Positions 1 through 13,010 of a stretch of DNA of 64,000 nt are shown here, one piece after another. Every line of letters begins with the position of its first letter. Position 1 is the stretch's first letter. The position numbers and the translations under genes were made by a program. Origin of the DNA: Lama glama (Eukaryota); contig CM052817.1 in assembly GCA_028534125.1 (NCBI GenBank), forward strand, positions 77,130,001 to 77,194,000. Direction: 5' to 3'. The notes under the pieces were generated by a model, which made no database searches, was not told the DNA's origin, and was given only the letters and a program-made list of their open reading frames with translations.

Positions 1-3000
1 GAATTTGCTGAATGAAATAATACCATTATTCTTGATAAATACATTTTTTATTTTGTGTATGATTTTTCTAATGAAACTAAACCTTTGACATTTGGGAGTC
101 TGTTTTCTGTGAGTGGAATTGCCGTTGTTACCACATGAAGAAGGACTGACCTGAGATCAGACTATTCCTTTGGTCTGTGAGTAGCCATTCTTTGATTTTC
201 ACTGGCTTATAAAATGAGGTTATTATATCCATTAAAGACTCAGTGTGAAGATAAGGGCTAAATTATAGAAATAGGATTGAAATCCTTAAAAGCCTGAGGA
301 ATTAACTTGCTCATCCTGTTAGTGGTTTCTGGTATAGATAGCATGTGACTGATGTCTTTCTTGATGTAGACAGGATATAGAATAATTGGTTAGAGTTTTT
401 ACTGAAATGAGGGTATATTTTCAACTTCAGTAATTAAAAGTTATCTGGAGATAGAACTGTACTTGCCAAAGTGGACCTGGCAATGATGAAGACAAAGATG
501 TTCAAATTGCCCACTGTGGGTCCTTAGAAATATCAGCTAGTTAATGACTCTGTCCTATAAACAGGACTTTCTGGTCTGGTCCATGTCCTGGGGCTAGCCA
601 AGGGATGGCTGCATTTCTAGTGCTTACCTGGCCTAGTCATCTGTGAGATCTGTATCATGGTATCATCTTATAGAGAGTTAGGAATGGCTTTTTGTAGATT
701 GAAAGTTAAAGGGAGCCACAGCCCACCATATTCAGTACAGAGCAAATAAGAAAAGAGTAGGTGATAGGGAAAAATGCAAGCCTAGAATTTTCCTTCAGCA
801 GTGTAATGGCCATTTTTATAACAGGATGGAATTGACTCACTAGTTTTGCTACCCTTCACTTTCAGTAAGTGTTGGGTATCAATTTTACAATAGCTTCTTT
901 ATTCATTGAGGAACCGTTTCCAGTGAAAACTCATTACTCTGACCTTTTCTGAGTTTTAATCATCTATATATGTACGTCTTAATTTTCACAAAGTTATCTG
1001 GGGATCACCAAAAATAAGTTGTAGTTGCTTTACTTACTGATTTCTTATTGGAGATAGAAGCTAATAACTCTGTAATAACCCTATACTTTTTCAGTTTAAA
1101 AATTTTAAGATCTGCATACCTAATATTATACATAATTACAGTTCCAGGTATTCTAAGCCAAATGTTGATGTTTATTTTCATTGACAGCAGTTATCTCTGT
1201 TAACCACTGTCCTTTCAGAGGATGGAGATGAGAAGGCCCAAAGTATTACAGTTCTTTTTGACTGTCTTCATTGTATAGAATAGAAAAGGGGAAGAGGTTG
1301 ATGAAGTCAGCTGGAATGGATTTTGTGGTGGGGATACCATACCCAAACACTGCTAAACCAGATTAGTTCCAGGGAATTGTGGGACATCAGTCAAACTATG
1401 GAATGGTCACCATGAGACAAGACAGCATGAGAGGTGTCAAGGTGGGAAGGGGGCAGATTGAGTGTGCAGTCTGGCATGACAGCCAGATCCTATGTCCAGA
1501 GTTGGATAAGAACTACATCAGCAGTATCCCGCCGATACTTTGGTAAGTAGAAGAGCCACCAATGAGTCCTTAGCTCATAAATGTGGAAACTTAAACACAT
1601 CTCTCTCTTATCTGAAAACTGAATGTTAGGCCATAGTTTCATTTTAAATTGACAGTCCTAATGGTAGGATGCCTGGGAGTTAGTGTGCTGCCAATAGATG
1701 ACAGTCTTGTGTCATAGCTGTTACTAGGAATGATTCCCTTTTGTATTTTTAAAAATACTTTGTACCCATCTTAATCGCTAAAGTAACAATGTTCTGATTA
1801 GTTACAGCAGCTAATTTTAAAATTCATATTATTTTCATCCTGAATTTAAGAAGATAAGATTTGGTCTTTAAAGTATAGTTCGAGATTTTGCTGATTTAAA
1901 TGATTGCCTAGTTAGGATTCATTCTAAATAGTAGTCTCTGACCTGAAAGTGTCCCACATTTCAGTGAGCTATTAAAAACATAAGCCTTTGCTTATAAGAA
2001 AGGCCTTTCTTAGAACAGTCATGTAATGACTGTGGGGTCCATGTGGGATTTTTAGTATTATCCTATCTTTGATGTTGGTGACAGGGACTGAACTATCCAG
2101 CTTGTGTCCCAAGTATATGCTATCAGTTTTGAAGCTATAAATCTAGGACTTTGCAGAAGGTTAGAACAATTATCCAGAAAATTGAGTCCATTGAAGACTG
2201 CATTTCTGGAAAAGCCACTTTGCTTCTACTCTCAAGGCCCCCAATCATTTACTCAGATATAAACATTACTAGCTACAACATGCAAAGAAAATACCTCATT
2301 TAATCTAGATGTTCTTTTGAAGTAAACTCCTTTTCTAGAATTGGACAAAATGTTGAAGTGATCAATTTGAGTATTTGTTACAGTTCATGCTTCTGTAACC
2401 AGAGGTGCTCATGTACCTGTGAAATCAGATAAGGTAGGTTTTTAAAAAAAAATACTTCTAAAAAATTGAAGTCAACAATGTAAAATGCATATAGAAACTA
2501 AGCTTATAATATAAATCAGTGAAGCAAGCCATAAGTTTGTTTTCTAGTGGCCTAATGCTTTTTTAGACACACTTTAGTTACATATTAAATACGGGAATAT
2601 TTACTTTCACATTTACTTTCTCCCATTTATCTTATCTGTGCTGTTTTCGTGCATTGGTGAGTTTTCTCAGCTTCTCTCTAAGAAAAGTGGAGCAGCACAG
2701 AGCACCTTAGTAAATAGCCACTGACTTGATCTCAGGACCGTGGAGACCTAAAAGAGGTTGGGGACAGAGCTCATGCCCTTGGTAAGGTGGACATCACTGC
2801 TTAGCTCCAACTAACTGTCATCACAGAGGGAAAATGGTAAGTCTAAAGTGTTCATGTGAAATCTGTCTTAGATGTTGGCAGTTAAAATAATTTGCGTTCT
2901 TTGCTTATATTTTCCTTTCATGGAATTAAAATTTTTAAAAATTAATTTGGCTAGCCATTGCATGCATATTTTAAATTCTGGCTTCTAAATACTATGTGAC

Positions 3001-3629
3001 CAAATTTACTTAAGAAAAAAATTTACTTGATTGGGGCAGGAAACTTCCACCTTTGAGAACATGTTATATAGTTGATATACTTTGGAACACACAAATAAGA
3101 TTGCAGACATAGACTAATAATTTAAAGTTGCATACAGTGATGTGACTGCAGTCTACTCATCTGTCCAGTGGAGAAAATGTAGGGGTCTAGGTCTATATTG
3201 TCACATAACAAGCCTTTTATAGAATCCCACACCTGCACACGTTTTTAGTTTGCAATTAGTGTTGTTAATGTCATAAGTGAATAACTATATCACTATTCTG
3301 CCTTTTTTGCTTTCTTTTTTTGTCTTTTTAAAGCAGAGGACAAAAAGTCAAACACAATGTTGTTTAGAGATACCCAGTTTAGTAGTTTATGTTGGTTAAA
3401 TTACCAAGGAAGGTAAATGTCTTATGGAATTTGCTGTCATTTTATAGGTTTATGCTTTTCAAAACGATTTCTGGGTAGGTACATACTTTCATATGCTGTA
3501 AAGGAGAGATTTTTAATGTAATGATGTTGCCCATGATTCAGATAAGCTGCACAGGTGGAGGGATTATTTGGCCTTGTCCAAAAAGCAAGGCTTATATGCA
3601 TGGTAAATAGGAGTTCAAGACTATAGCTC

Positions 3630-3680
3630 TCTTTTGTACTGCTGTGTTACTGAAATAAAAATTTTAAAGCATATAAGCAT
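3630..3680 (+). terminator. Candidate + strand poly(A) signal (AATAAA 3654-3659, TGTA ~20 nt upstream), possibly the end of a convergent gene's 3' UTR
   Basis: cttttgtactgctgtgttactgaaataaaa context; METTL14 identity is synteny inference only. Confidence 0.35.
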
Positions 3681-4894
3681 GATTAAGAGTAGTGTAAAAA
3701 AAAAAAAACTTCCAAAGCAGAATATAAGAAAATATAATCACAAATGTAAGCTTGTCAGTTAACTGACTCCCTGAATTTTAAATCCCACCACCTCCTTGAG
3801 ATGATGCTGATGGGATATTGGATCAGAATGGCATCAGGACCTCTTTGGGGAACAGTCCCAGTTGTCTTATTGCTTTCAGGTGAAAGATTGCCATTCCCTT
3901 TGATACTTGGCTTTTGCCTACTTTTAGTTCTGAGCTTATAACCAGCTGGTCATGCTCTTAGAAATTAGTCTTTGTCATTAACTTTATAAAGGAAGCAGTG
4001 TGCTGTCTCAGCTTCTAATGTATGGCACATAGTAAGTGCTCAATAAATAAATGGTCCCTTACTCTTTGCTTGACTAGTAATTGGAACTAATTCCTGGAGG
4101 ATTTTTAATACCCTTCTCTTTTTACTTCTTTTCCTTTCTACTAGTTCCTAAGCAGAGGCCAGGAGACACCCACTGGAGAGGATGACTAGGGGGTTCTGTT
4201 GCCTCTTTCAACTAAGATTTTTTTTTCCTTTTTATCCAGATTATTCAGTATTACATCTTGTGTTTTCAGCAGCTATAATTTACGTAGTTAATTCTCCCCA
4301 AAGAATCGTCTTCTCTGGAAGACTACTGACTAACCTTTCTGGGAGGTTTCAGACAATGGTCTATAATGCCTCCTAGTGGAGGTGAAGTTCAATTTCAGAT
4401 TATCTTTGACCATGATCTGAATTTTGATCTTTACTCTGTCGTTTTATTAATAGAGAAACATGTTTCCATCTGACAACATTTGAAAAAAAAAAACTGATAC
4501 ACTATTCCTAATTATTCTCAGTCTACTGTCATTAGGTTCCATTTCTAGGAAGTAAAGTTAGTACCATTTAATAACACCCTCAAACATGTAACTTCTTGAA
4601 TGAGTGAACTCTTATTTTTTCATAACGGTTCTCCAACAATCAAAAGTCAGATTCTTTCCTTTGGTTTATATATTACTGAAGTTTTGATTTAACACTTAAA
4701 ACAGCTTGAGTTACAGTTTTCTCATATTGATGAGTTTATTTTAATTGCTGAAACTATCTTTTAACTAGATGCTTCTATAGCATTTAAAGATGCTTGGTTT
4801 TGAGATTATCAGTTAAGATACTCATGGCATATAGGAGTCAGGTTAGTCCTAGTTTTCATGATCCTTAGCAAGTTTAATTTAAAACCCTAATAAA

Positions 4895-5060
4895 ATAGTA
4901 ACAACAATGAACCGTGATAACTGGATGGCACTGTGTGCCAGGGACTGTTCTAGCATTTTACACTTATTAACTTAATCCTTGGAACAAATGAGTAGGAAAC
5001 TGAAGCACCGAAAGCTTTCTGTATCACACAGCTAGTGGTGGAGCTAGTATAGAAATCCAT
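4895..5060 (-). mobile_element. MIR SINE remnant
   Basis: ctgtgtgccagggactgttctag...ttaatcct...ggaaactgaagcac...tcacacagctagt MIR core-like motifs. Confidence 0.65.
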
Positions 5061-5067
5061 GTGGTGG

Positions 5068-6002
5068 TTTTATTTTTTTAGATTTCTACATATAAGTGAT
5101 ATCATACAGTATTTGGCTTTCTCTGACTTATTTCACTTAGCATAATCCTCCAGGTTCATCCATGTTGTTGCAAATGACAAAATTTCATTCTTTTTTATGG
5201 CTGAGTAGTCCATTGTATATATACACCATGTATTTTTTCTTTATTTGTTGATGGACACTTGTTTCCATATCTTGGCAATTGTAAACAATGCTGCTGTGGA
5301 CTTTGGGATGTGTGTATCTTTTTGAATTAGTGTAATTTTTTTCCCCCAGATATATACCCAGGAGTGGAATTGTTGGGTCATATGGTAGTTCTATTTAATT
5401 TTTTGAGGACCCTCCATACTGTTTTCCACAGTGGCTTTACCAATTTATAGTCCCACCAACAGTGTACAAGGGTTCCCTTTTCTCCACATCCTCTCCAGTA
5501 TTTGTTATTTGTGGTCTTTTTGATGGAGAGCCATTCTGGTGGGTATGAGATGATGTCTTATTGTGGTTTCAATTTCCATTTCTATGATGATAAGCAATAC
5601 TGAGCATCTTTTCATGTGTCTGTTGGCCATCTGTATGTCTTCTTTGGAAATAATGGTGTGAAAACTTTTAAGTTTAATTAGGTCCCTCTTGTTTTTGCTT
5701 TTGTTTCTTTTGCTTTAAGAGACAGATCTTAAAAAATATTGCTGTGATTTGTGTTAAAGAGTGTTCTGCCTATGTTGCCTTCTAGGTTTTATGGTTTTAG
5801 GTCTTACATTTAGGTCTTTAATCCATTTTGAGTTTATTTTTGTATATGGTGCTAGAGAATGTTGTAATTTCACTCTTTTACATGTAGCTGTCCAGTTTTC
5901 CCAGCACTACTTATTGAAGAAACTACCTTTTCTCCATTGTATAGTCTTCCCTCCTTTGTCATGGATTAACTAACCATAAGTTCATGGGTTTATTTCTGGG
6001 CT
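5068..6002 (-). mobile_element. LINE-1 fragment (ORF2 C-terminal region and start of 3' UTR)
   Basis: Antisense L1 ORF2 hallmarks: tatatacccaggagtggaattg, cccaccaacagtgtacaagggttccc, ccattttgagtttatttttgtatatgg. Confidence 0.92.
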
Positions 6003-6830
6003 AGAGCGGTCTCCCTGGAGGCCGGGGCCGGGGCCAGGGCCCAGGGGATTCTGGGACTGGTGCCTGTCCATTGGTGGGTGGAGCTGGGTCCCTGAGTCTC
6101 TGGCTAAAGGGCTCTGGGAATCCTGGGTCTAGTGCCTGTGCCTGGTGTGTGGCACCAGGTCCTAGACTCTCTGGTGGGCAGGGCAATGTCTAGGGACTCT
6201 TATTAAAGGAGCCTGTCTGCTGGTAGGTGGGGCCGTGTTCCCACCCAGTTAGTTGCTTGGTCTGAGGTGTCCCAACACTGGTGCCTACAGGCTGTTGGGT
6301 GCCAGGGCAGGGCTGGGTCCTGGGGCTAATAAGCTACAGGGAAGGTTCCAAAGTGCTGCTTGCCAGCACCAGTCTATGTGGTAGAGCAAATTTCTAAAAA
6401 TGACTGCCACTAATGTCTGCGTCCCCAGGGTGAGCTGCAGTTACCTCCTGTCTCTCAGGGAGACTCTCCAGGATCAGCAGGTAGGTTCTCCCCTCCCCCC
6501 TGAGACTCTCAAAGCTAAGTCCCACTGGCCTTCACAGCCAGATGCTTTTGGGGGGCTCATCTTCCCAGTGCAGGAGCCCAGTGTGGGGCTCAGACCTCTC
6601 ACTGCTGTGGAAGAACCTTTGCAATTGTAATTATTCTTCCATCTTGGGGTGTGGGGCTTGACTATATCTCCAGTCTACCCCTCTTACCTGACTTGTGGTT
6701 CCTTCTTTATATCTTTAGTTCTAGAAGTTTCAGTCTTTTTCATTGATGGTTGCTCTGCAAATAGCTGTGACTCTGGTGTGCCTGTAAGAGGAGATGAGCT
6801 CAAGGTCTTTCTACTCTGCCATCTTGGCTG
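6003..6830 (-). mobile_element. LINE-1 5' UTR-like segment (GC-rich, degenerate internal repeats)
   Basis: Minus strand begins CCAAGATGGCAGAGTAG (6818-6827 gccatcttgg, YY1-type L1 start motif); recurring tgcctg..ctggtg/ctgggtcc units. Confidence 0.65.
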
Positions 6831-7744
6831 AGCTGATTCATTAGATTGTCTTCAAGTGAATTAGGAGTGTGTTCTGGACTTCTGTCTCACATAGAGCCTG
6901 GTGCCTAGAACTGCTCTAGGTGTGGTCTCACCTCAGAGTGGGGCCATCGCCAGACACATTTGACAGGCTCTCCTTGTAAAAAGTAGTTGAGACCATATAC
7001 GCTTTCATCCCACTATAGGTTCATACTGACTAATCCCCTAAATTCTTTTTTAAATGCCTGTTGTTTCCAAGAAGCATCTGCATGTGCATTTGTTTTTTGG
7101 ACACAAGTTCAGGATCCTACATTTCTTGTTAAACTCATCCAAATCGATGAATCTGAAACATCATGCCAGATGGCTAACTTGTGGGAAGATTTTAATTCTG
7201 TCAGTATATTTGTTATTCTACTCAATTTCACGTTATATTCAAATTTTAAAATACACCTTATTAGCCATATAATCATAGACAAAGTAGTTAGCTACTTCAA
7301 GCCTATTTCTTCATGTGTGAATGAGGCTGATAATAAGATTAGGGTTGCTGTCAAGACTAAATGTGGAAATGTTCACAAAATAGGTATGCAGTTCTTGGGA
7401 CATTATATGTATTCAGTGTACTTTAGCTTTTATTTATTCACATCATTGATATCAAAGTTGAACAGAGCAATAAGAACAGATAACTTGTCACACCACTTAA
7501 AACTACTCTCCTAGGTTTATGTATATTCATTAATAGTCTCATGTAGCCTGTTTTTGCTCACAAGAACATACTGGAGAACTTTTAAATTGCCTTTTTTGAG
7601 TATATGGTCTCTGATATTTTAGATTTATTTATTATCCCCAACTCTCAAAAAAAAAAAGTTTTCAGCTTTTTCTAAGACACTCTAAGTACTACCCTTATTT
7701 CTTTTTAAAATCTCAAAATACCTTAAAAAATGAATTCTAGTGGC

Positions 7745-8429
7745 TAAGAGCATATGAAGTGATTTATTGATACTGGTTAAGTTCCATTATATACAGGTAG
7801 AAACCTTCAGAATTGTACAGAGAACCATTAAGAATATTGATAGACAGTTTTTATAGACAGAACTGGAAAATAGGTTTAATATACACAACATATAATTATG
7901 AAAAAAATGTAGAACACAAATTGTTCTACCAAATAGATTCCAAGGTTATTTAAAAGTCTGCTATTATGCAAACCTTAAGTTGAAAAACATGTTCAGTGGG
8001 GTTACATGGTTTTAAAAAAAAATACAATGTAAAAATTAAGGTTTTTTTTCCCTCACTGCAAATGGGAGAAGAACCAAAACGTTTACCCCAAATGTATACA
8101 TTTTGAAAAATAATTTATATGTCAAACACAAAGAAAATTGAGAATGTTTACAAGTTCTGTAAACTATGCCTTCCATGAAATGCAAAGTGTATCAATTTTA
8201 ACAGGTAAAAATTGTGCAATCAGAAATAGACTGTTCCCTTTTAGGTACAAGTGTACCTTCACTGGCTTTATACCTGAGCACCAAAGATGGAAGTCCTAAA
8301 TGCCATCTTGGAAAGATATTCTGAAAATGAGCAAGAAATTAAAAGTAGCCTATTAGCATCTGGAGAATTAGGCACCAAGAAGGAGATTATCTCCTTAGAA
8401 ATGCAGATTCAACAGTCCAGAAGGTTCAG
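7745..8429 (-). other. SEC24D: SEC24D 3' UTR (3' end approximate)
   Basis: AT-rich sequence between the stop codon and the AATAAA at 7763-7768. Confidence 0.7.
7763..7795 (-). terminator. Likely SEC24D polyadenylation signal AATAAA (7763-7768) with upstream TGTATATA (7788-7795; CFIm UGUA / Pumilio UGUAHAUA consensus)
   Basis: + strand tttatt and tatataca; T-rich tract downstream on the minus strand; other TTTATT copies at ~7430 and ~7625 are alternatives. Confidence 0.65.
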
Positions 8430-8570
8430 TTAGTTAAGCAGTTGACAGATCTCCTTGTGAATATAATAAAGGAAATCCACATGAGATGAGCCTCCATAAA
8501 GTCCTTTGTCTTCGACCAGGAGCTGTCGGAAAACCATTTCTGGCTGTTCTCGCTGCTTTATTATCGTGAG
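8430..8570 (-). CDS. SEC24D: SEC24D terminal coding exon 23 (141 nt CDS): [46 protein letters not shown]
   Basis: LVEDK...[10 protein letters not shown]-terminus; acceptor ttttttctag; TAA stop at 8430-8432. Confidence 0.97.
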   Translation of the reverse strand, partial: LTIIKQREQPEMVFRQLLVEDKGLYGGSSHVDFLYYIHKEICQLLN

Positions 8571-9957
8571 CTAGAAAAAACAAGGTTACAACCACGGTTA
8601 TAACCATTTTCCGAATGTGCCTCAATTTTTATGCTTCAATTTCCCCAAACTAACAGACTATCTACTGTGTTAGGCCTTGGAGGATGATGGGAAAGTTCCT
8701 GTTATCCACAGTGGAGGGAGGCGGGGATGGTAGAGATGGTGGTAGAGGTAATCCTGTACCGTATGCTGAGTGGAGGGGGGGGGAGAATAGATTTTCATAT
8801 TCTTTATACAGCTGATACCCTGAACATGTCAATCAACTTGAAATTCTTTTATTATACAACTGCTTATATTTTATTTACATATCATACATACTTGGAGCTT
8901 ACATGTTTTAATAACCAAAGCTGACATGCCCTTGTTACGGGGTTATGGGAGCAGGCAGCAGAAAGCAGAGGAGAGGAAGGTTGTTTTGTTTTTTTCCTGG
9001 AAGGAGGGGCTACTGAGCAAAGGATGAACTCCATGTTTAGTGTGGCCTTCTCTGTAAATGGAGATGCAGTTGCTGCAGCTGGGACAGAGTTTTGTCACCC
9101 TGGCTGTGCATTCTGAATACCAGTGGCCTTCACTTTGTGTTTCATGAGACTCTTAAGAGTTCATTACATGTCTCCAGGGTGTTCAGAGAGTGTTGTGTGA
9201 GGAGCATGTCTGAGCCTTCTCTGCCATCTCTAGGTCTTGCCCTAAAACTGAATCCAAGTAGTGGTATAAAACAGGTCTGGAAAGGTTTCATGTTCACTCA
9301 GATGTCCTAGAGATTATAAAGCTCTTTATTCAATTTTCCTAAGCTCTACTAAAGTTGGTATTTGCATGCATGAGTATTTTCACAGTAAAGAATGCTGATA
9401 TAGACTGACATCATATTATGTTTCAGGGGGAAAAAGGTCCTGTAATACCCTGGCTCTTGTAGAGGCCTGCCTCCAGGTGAGTGTCCTATTCCTCTGCAGA
9501 AAGTAGCACAGAAAAGACCACTGTCCCCTGCACATTCCAAAGTCCAGGAAATCCGAATATTGAGCTCGAGATGGAAGTCAGAGGTGAGTACTTGGGGCTT
9601 AGCAACAAGGCATAATTTTCCTAAGTTACAGACATTTTAAATTCTTTTACTCAAACTTGAAATAGGCTTAGAAGGTTTAGAATGACTAGGATAACAAAAC
9701 TTTTCAGAAATAATCAAAAGCCGTAAAAATCAAATGTAACAGATGATCTGATACTTCTATAATTAACTTTAAACACTGAAGGAAAAGTCATTTCAAAGCC
9801 TGCTACTATCAATTGCTACTAAGTTAATACTTAGTAAGATAACTATGGTGATAGCTGGTTATTATGTTTGTGATTAGTAAGTAAGTCGATACATGTAGAG
9901 GTTCATGTGAGTTTTCTACCAAAGATCATGTTAGAAAAATATAGGACATGCATTTTA

Positions 9958-10107
<150 letters not shown>

Positions 10108-12017
10108 CTACATTTAAGAAAATCAAAGCTTAAGTTTCAGTATAATTTATAACATTTAGATAGAATGAGATTATTAGAATGTTAAAGTTCAAAAGCATCC
10201 TTCTAAACCATTATACTCAACTACTGACTTAGTTCATCTACCTAAAAACCAAAAATGTGAAAAAATATACTAAAAATTATTCTTACTTACCAGCATGCCA
10301 TTTCTACCAGTGAACTTCCTGTCTTTCGAAAATAAAAATCTTTCCCTGCAATTTGACATATGTATACCACTGAAATGATCCAAACGGTGTATCTTTTTTG
10401 CAAAGGATGTTTTTGGCCCACTCACCATGATTTTAATCCCTTTGCAAAATAGCTATTTCCTTCTGTGAGAAAAGGATACACTTTATTCCTGCAGTGGATC
10501 AGTTGTAGGACCCTGAGGCATGACCACATTTGGAAAATGCCATCCAAGTACCACTGTTTCAACACTAAAACAAACTACCAAACACTGATTTCTCAAAGGG
10601 CATGTGGCCTCTTAGATTTCCCTGAAAGCTGGTTGACTGTGTACAAAAGATAACTAACCAGCTGCATATGGCCTCTGGGGATGAGAGAAATCTGGACTTA
10701 GATTTCTTTCATTAAGACAGTAAAAAGCTAATGTTTACTTCTAAGCAAGAAGATCCCAAGAGTTAATACATCATCTGTGAGTTAGCCATCGAGAAAGTGA
10801 GTTAGAACATTTTACCGCAAAGTCACAAGTCTCAGAAAAAGATCACGGCCAAGATTTTCACATAAGTTGTAAGTAAAAAAGATAAATAAATAAAGGCAGA
10901 AAATCAATAATTTTTAGTCACTCTACTAAATACACTCCATGTGTGTTCTTTGACATTAAGAATATTAAAGACCTTTTTATTAAAAATAAAAAACTATACT
11001 TCATATATATATATATATGTCTCAAAGTGCCAGCTTCCTCTAAAAAGAAAGCAACATTTGGTTTTTCCTTTTGGTTTTTGAAGAAGGCTGGGAAGAGGTG
11101 CGCTGGACGCAAGCACACCCCCAGCAGCCTGCTGCTGCTCCGTAGGGGACAGACTTCGGCTGTTTCAACTCAGCAAAAACACATGTGACATTTACTTTGA
11201 TAAATACCCTGTGAAATAAGAGGCTTCCTTAATAAACATTCGTCAGGCTCATAGGTCTTTGGCCACTGAATTTTAATTAATTTTTAAAAACCTGTATCAT
11301 TCCTTAATTTCAACATACAGACATCTTACTATTTCTCTCTTCATCATCTTAAAACTAGTCTTTCAATGATATCTTCTCTCTTAGTATCTTAATGGGATAT
11401 GGACTCCTCTAATTCCTTTAGACATTTTTTTGACATTCATAATGGACATGCAGCTCTCTAAACTGACCACCTGTCTATTTAGCCTGAAATTTTAATCCTA
11501 CCCCCTCCTCCAAGATGCTGTGTATCTACCTTCATAACAGAAATTCAGGGATGAACTAGCCTTAAGCCGTCTTGCCCAAATAAGGACTCAAGGAACATAC
11601 CATCTGCTGAGTTCTACGTGTGAATTCATAAGGACTCCACTGTCAAGCGGAATAAGACAACAACCATCATAGCGATGGCGCTCACACCACAGTGGTCTGC
11701 AAGTAAGGCATGCAATCAGTGTGGACTCTCAAGCAAATTATAATTGTTGGTTTTTCCTAATATACTTTAAAAATAAAGTCATTTGTTCCACATCAAACCT
11801 ACAAGCTCTTTTGTAATAACTGAAGAGGGGCACATAATCTTTTTGTGGGATTATTACTTTGTGATTAAACTGACGTCTGTAGCTAAACGTGTATGAAACA
11901 TGAAATTCTCTCATATATAGAACAATACCTTGTTTTTTCTTTGTGATACATAGCTGCACATGAACAAAAAACATTTAAGAAGTGTACCACCACAAAGTAA
12001 GCAAAAAATAAACTTAC

Positions 12018-12209
12018 CATATCTGTGTTGACATGTGCGAAGGACGGCACATTAAAAATTCCTTGGATCAGTTCTGGTGGGCTGCTTACTCCCAACCATA
12101 AGAACATGTTTAGCCCATTAGCCAACAGGAATATTCCTTCTTCTGAAAGACAGGTCTCAGAGCAACGAACAGCAGCAGGTAACTTTGTACTTTTGACATC
12201 TAACGTGTG
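12018..12209 (-). CDS. SEC24D: SEC24D coding exon 21 (192 nt), gelsolin-like domain: [64 protein letters not shown]
   Basis: Hand translation and ORF 11883..12125(-); acceptor cctgcacag, donor ATG|gtaagt. Confidence 0.97.
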
Positions 12210-12332
12210 CTGTGCAGGGAGAGGCAGGAGTCAGAACATCCACCCATCCTTTCCTTCCTTCCCTCCCTCCGCTGTTAGGATTTGTTCCTCAACTTCAACC
12301 TTTTACCGTAGTTCTCTTCTCATGATCTACTA

Positions 12333-12611
<279 letters not shown>

Positions 12612-12814
12612 TCAAGACCCGCTGCACTTTACCTGTAAAATAGAAGCCACATTTGCTTTTGTGGTCGTGGAGAGGACTAAATGGCAACCCCTGCAAAGCA
12701 CACAGAGTGCAGAACCTGGCCCAGAGTAGACGTTCAGAGGACGGCAGTAGTTTTGTTTTATCTGGTGCCCCAGCAGCTTGGCATCGGCATCACCAGCACA
12801 ACCCTGCCCAGGCT

Positions 12815-13010
12815 GCCCAGGCTCTGCCACCTACCAGATGTGTGACCCTGGGCAAGTCACGTGCCCTCTTTCTCTGCTGAGGAAAAGAGAAGCACCTCTA
12901 CTTCCTAATCATGGGGTTGTTACGAGGATTAAATGATTTTCAATTTGTGAAGCACTCATAAATAATGCCTGGCACATAGCATCATATATGTATTTACTAA
13001 ATAAAAATGA
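12815..13010 (+). mobile_element. MIR SINE
   Basis: ctctgccacctacc...tgtgaccctgggcaagtcac...gaggattaaatga...tgcctggcacatag. Confidence 0.75.

Noticed and set aside
6987..7514. 175-aa ORF on +
   Set aside because: Non-ATG start, AT-rich composition, no recognisable motif or splice structure; chance ORF
8091..8104. 14-bp palindrome aaatgtatacattt in the 3' UTR
   Set aside because: Expected by chance in 64 kb of AT-rich DNA
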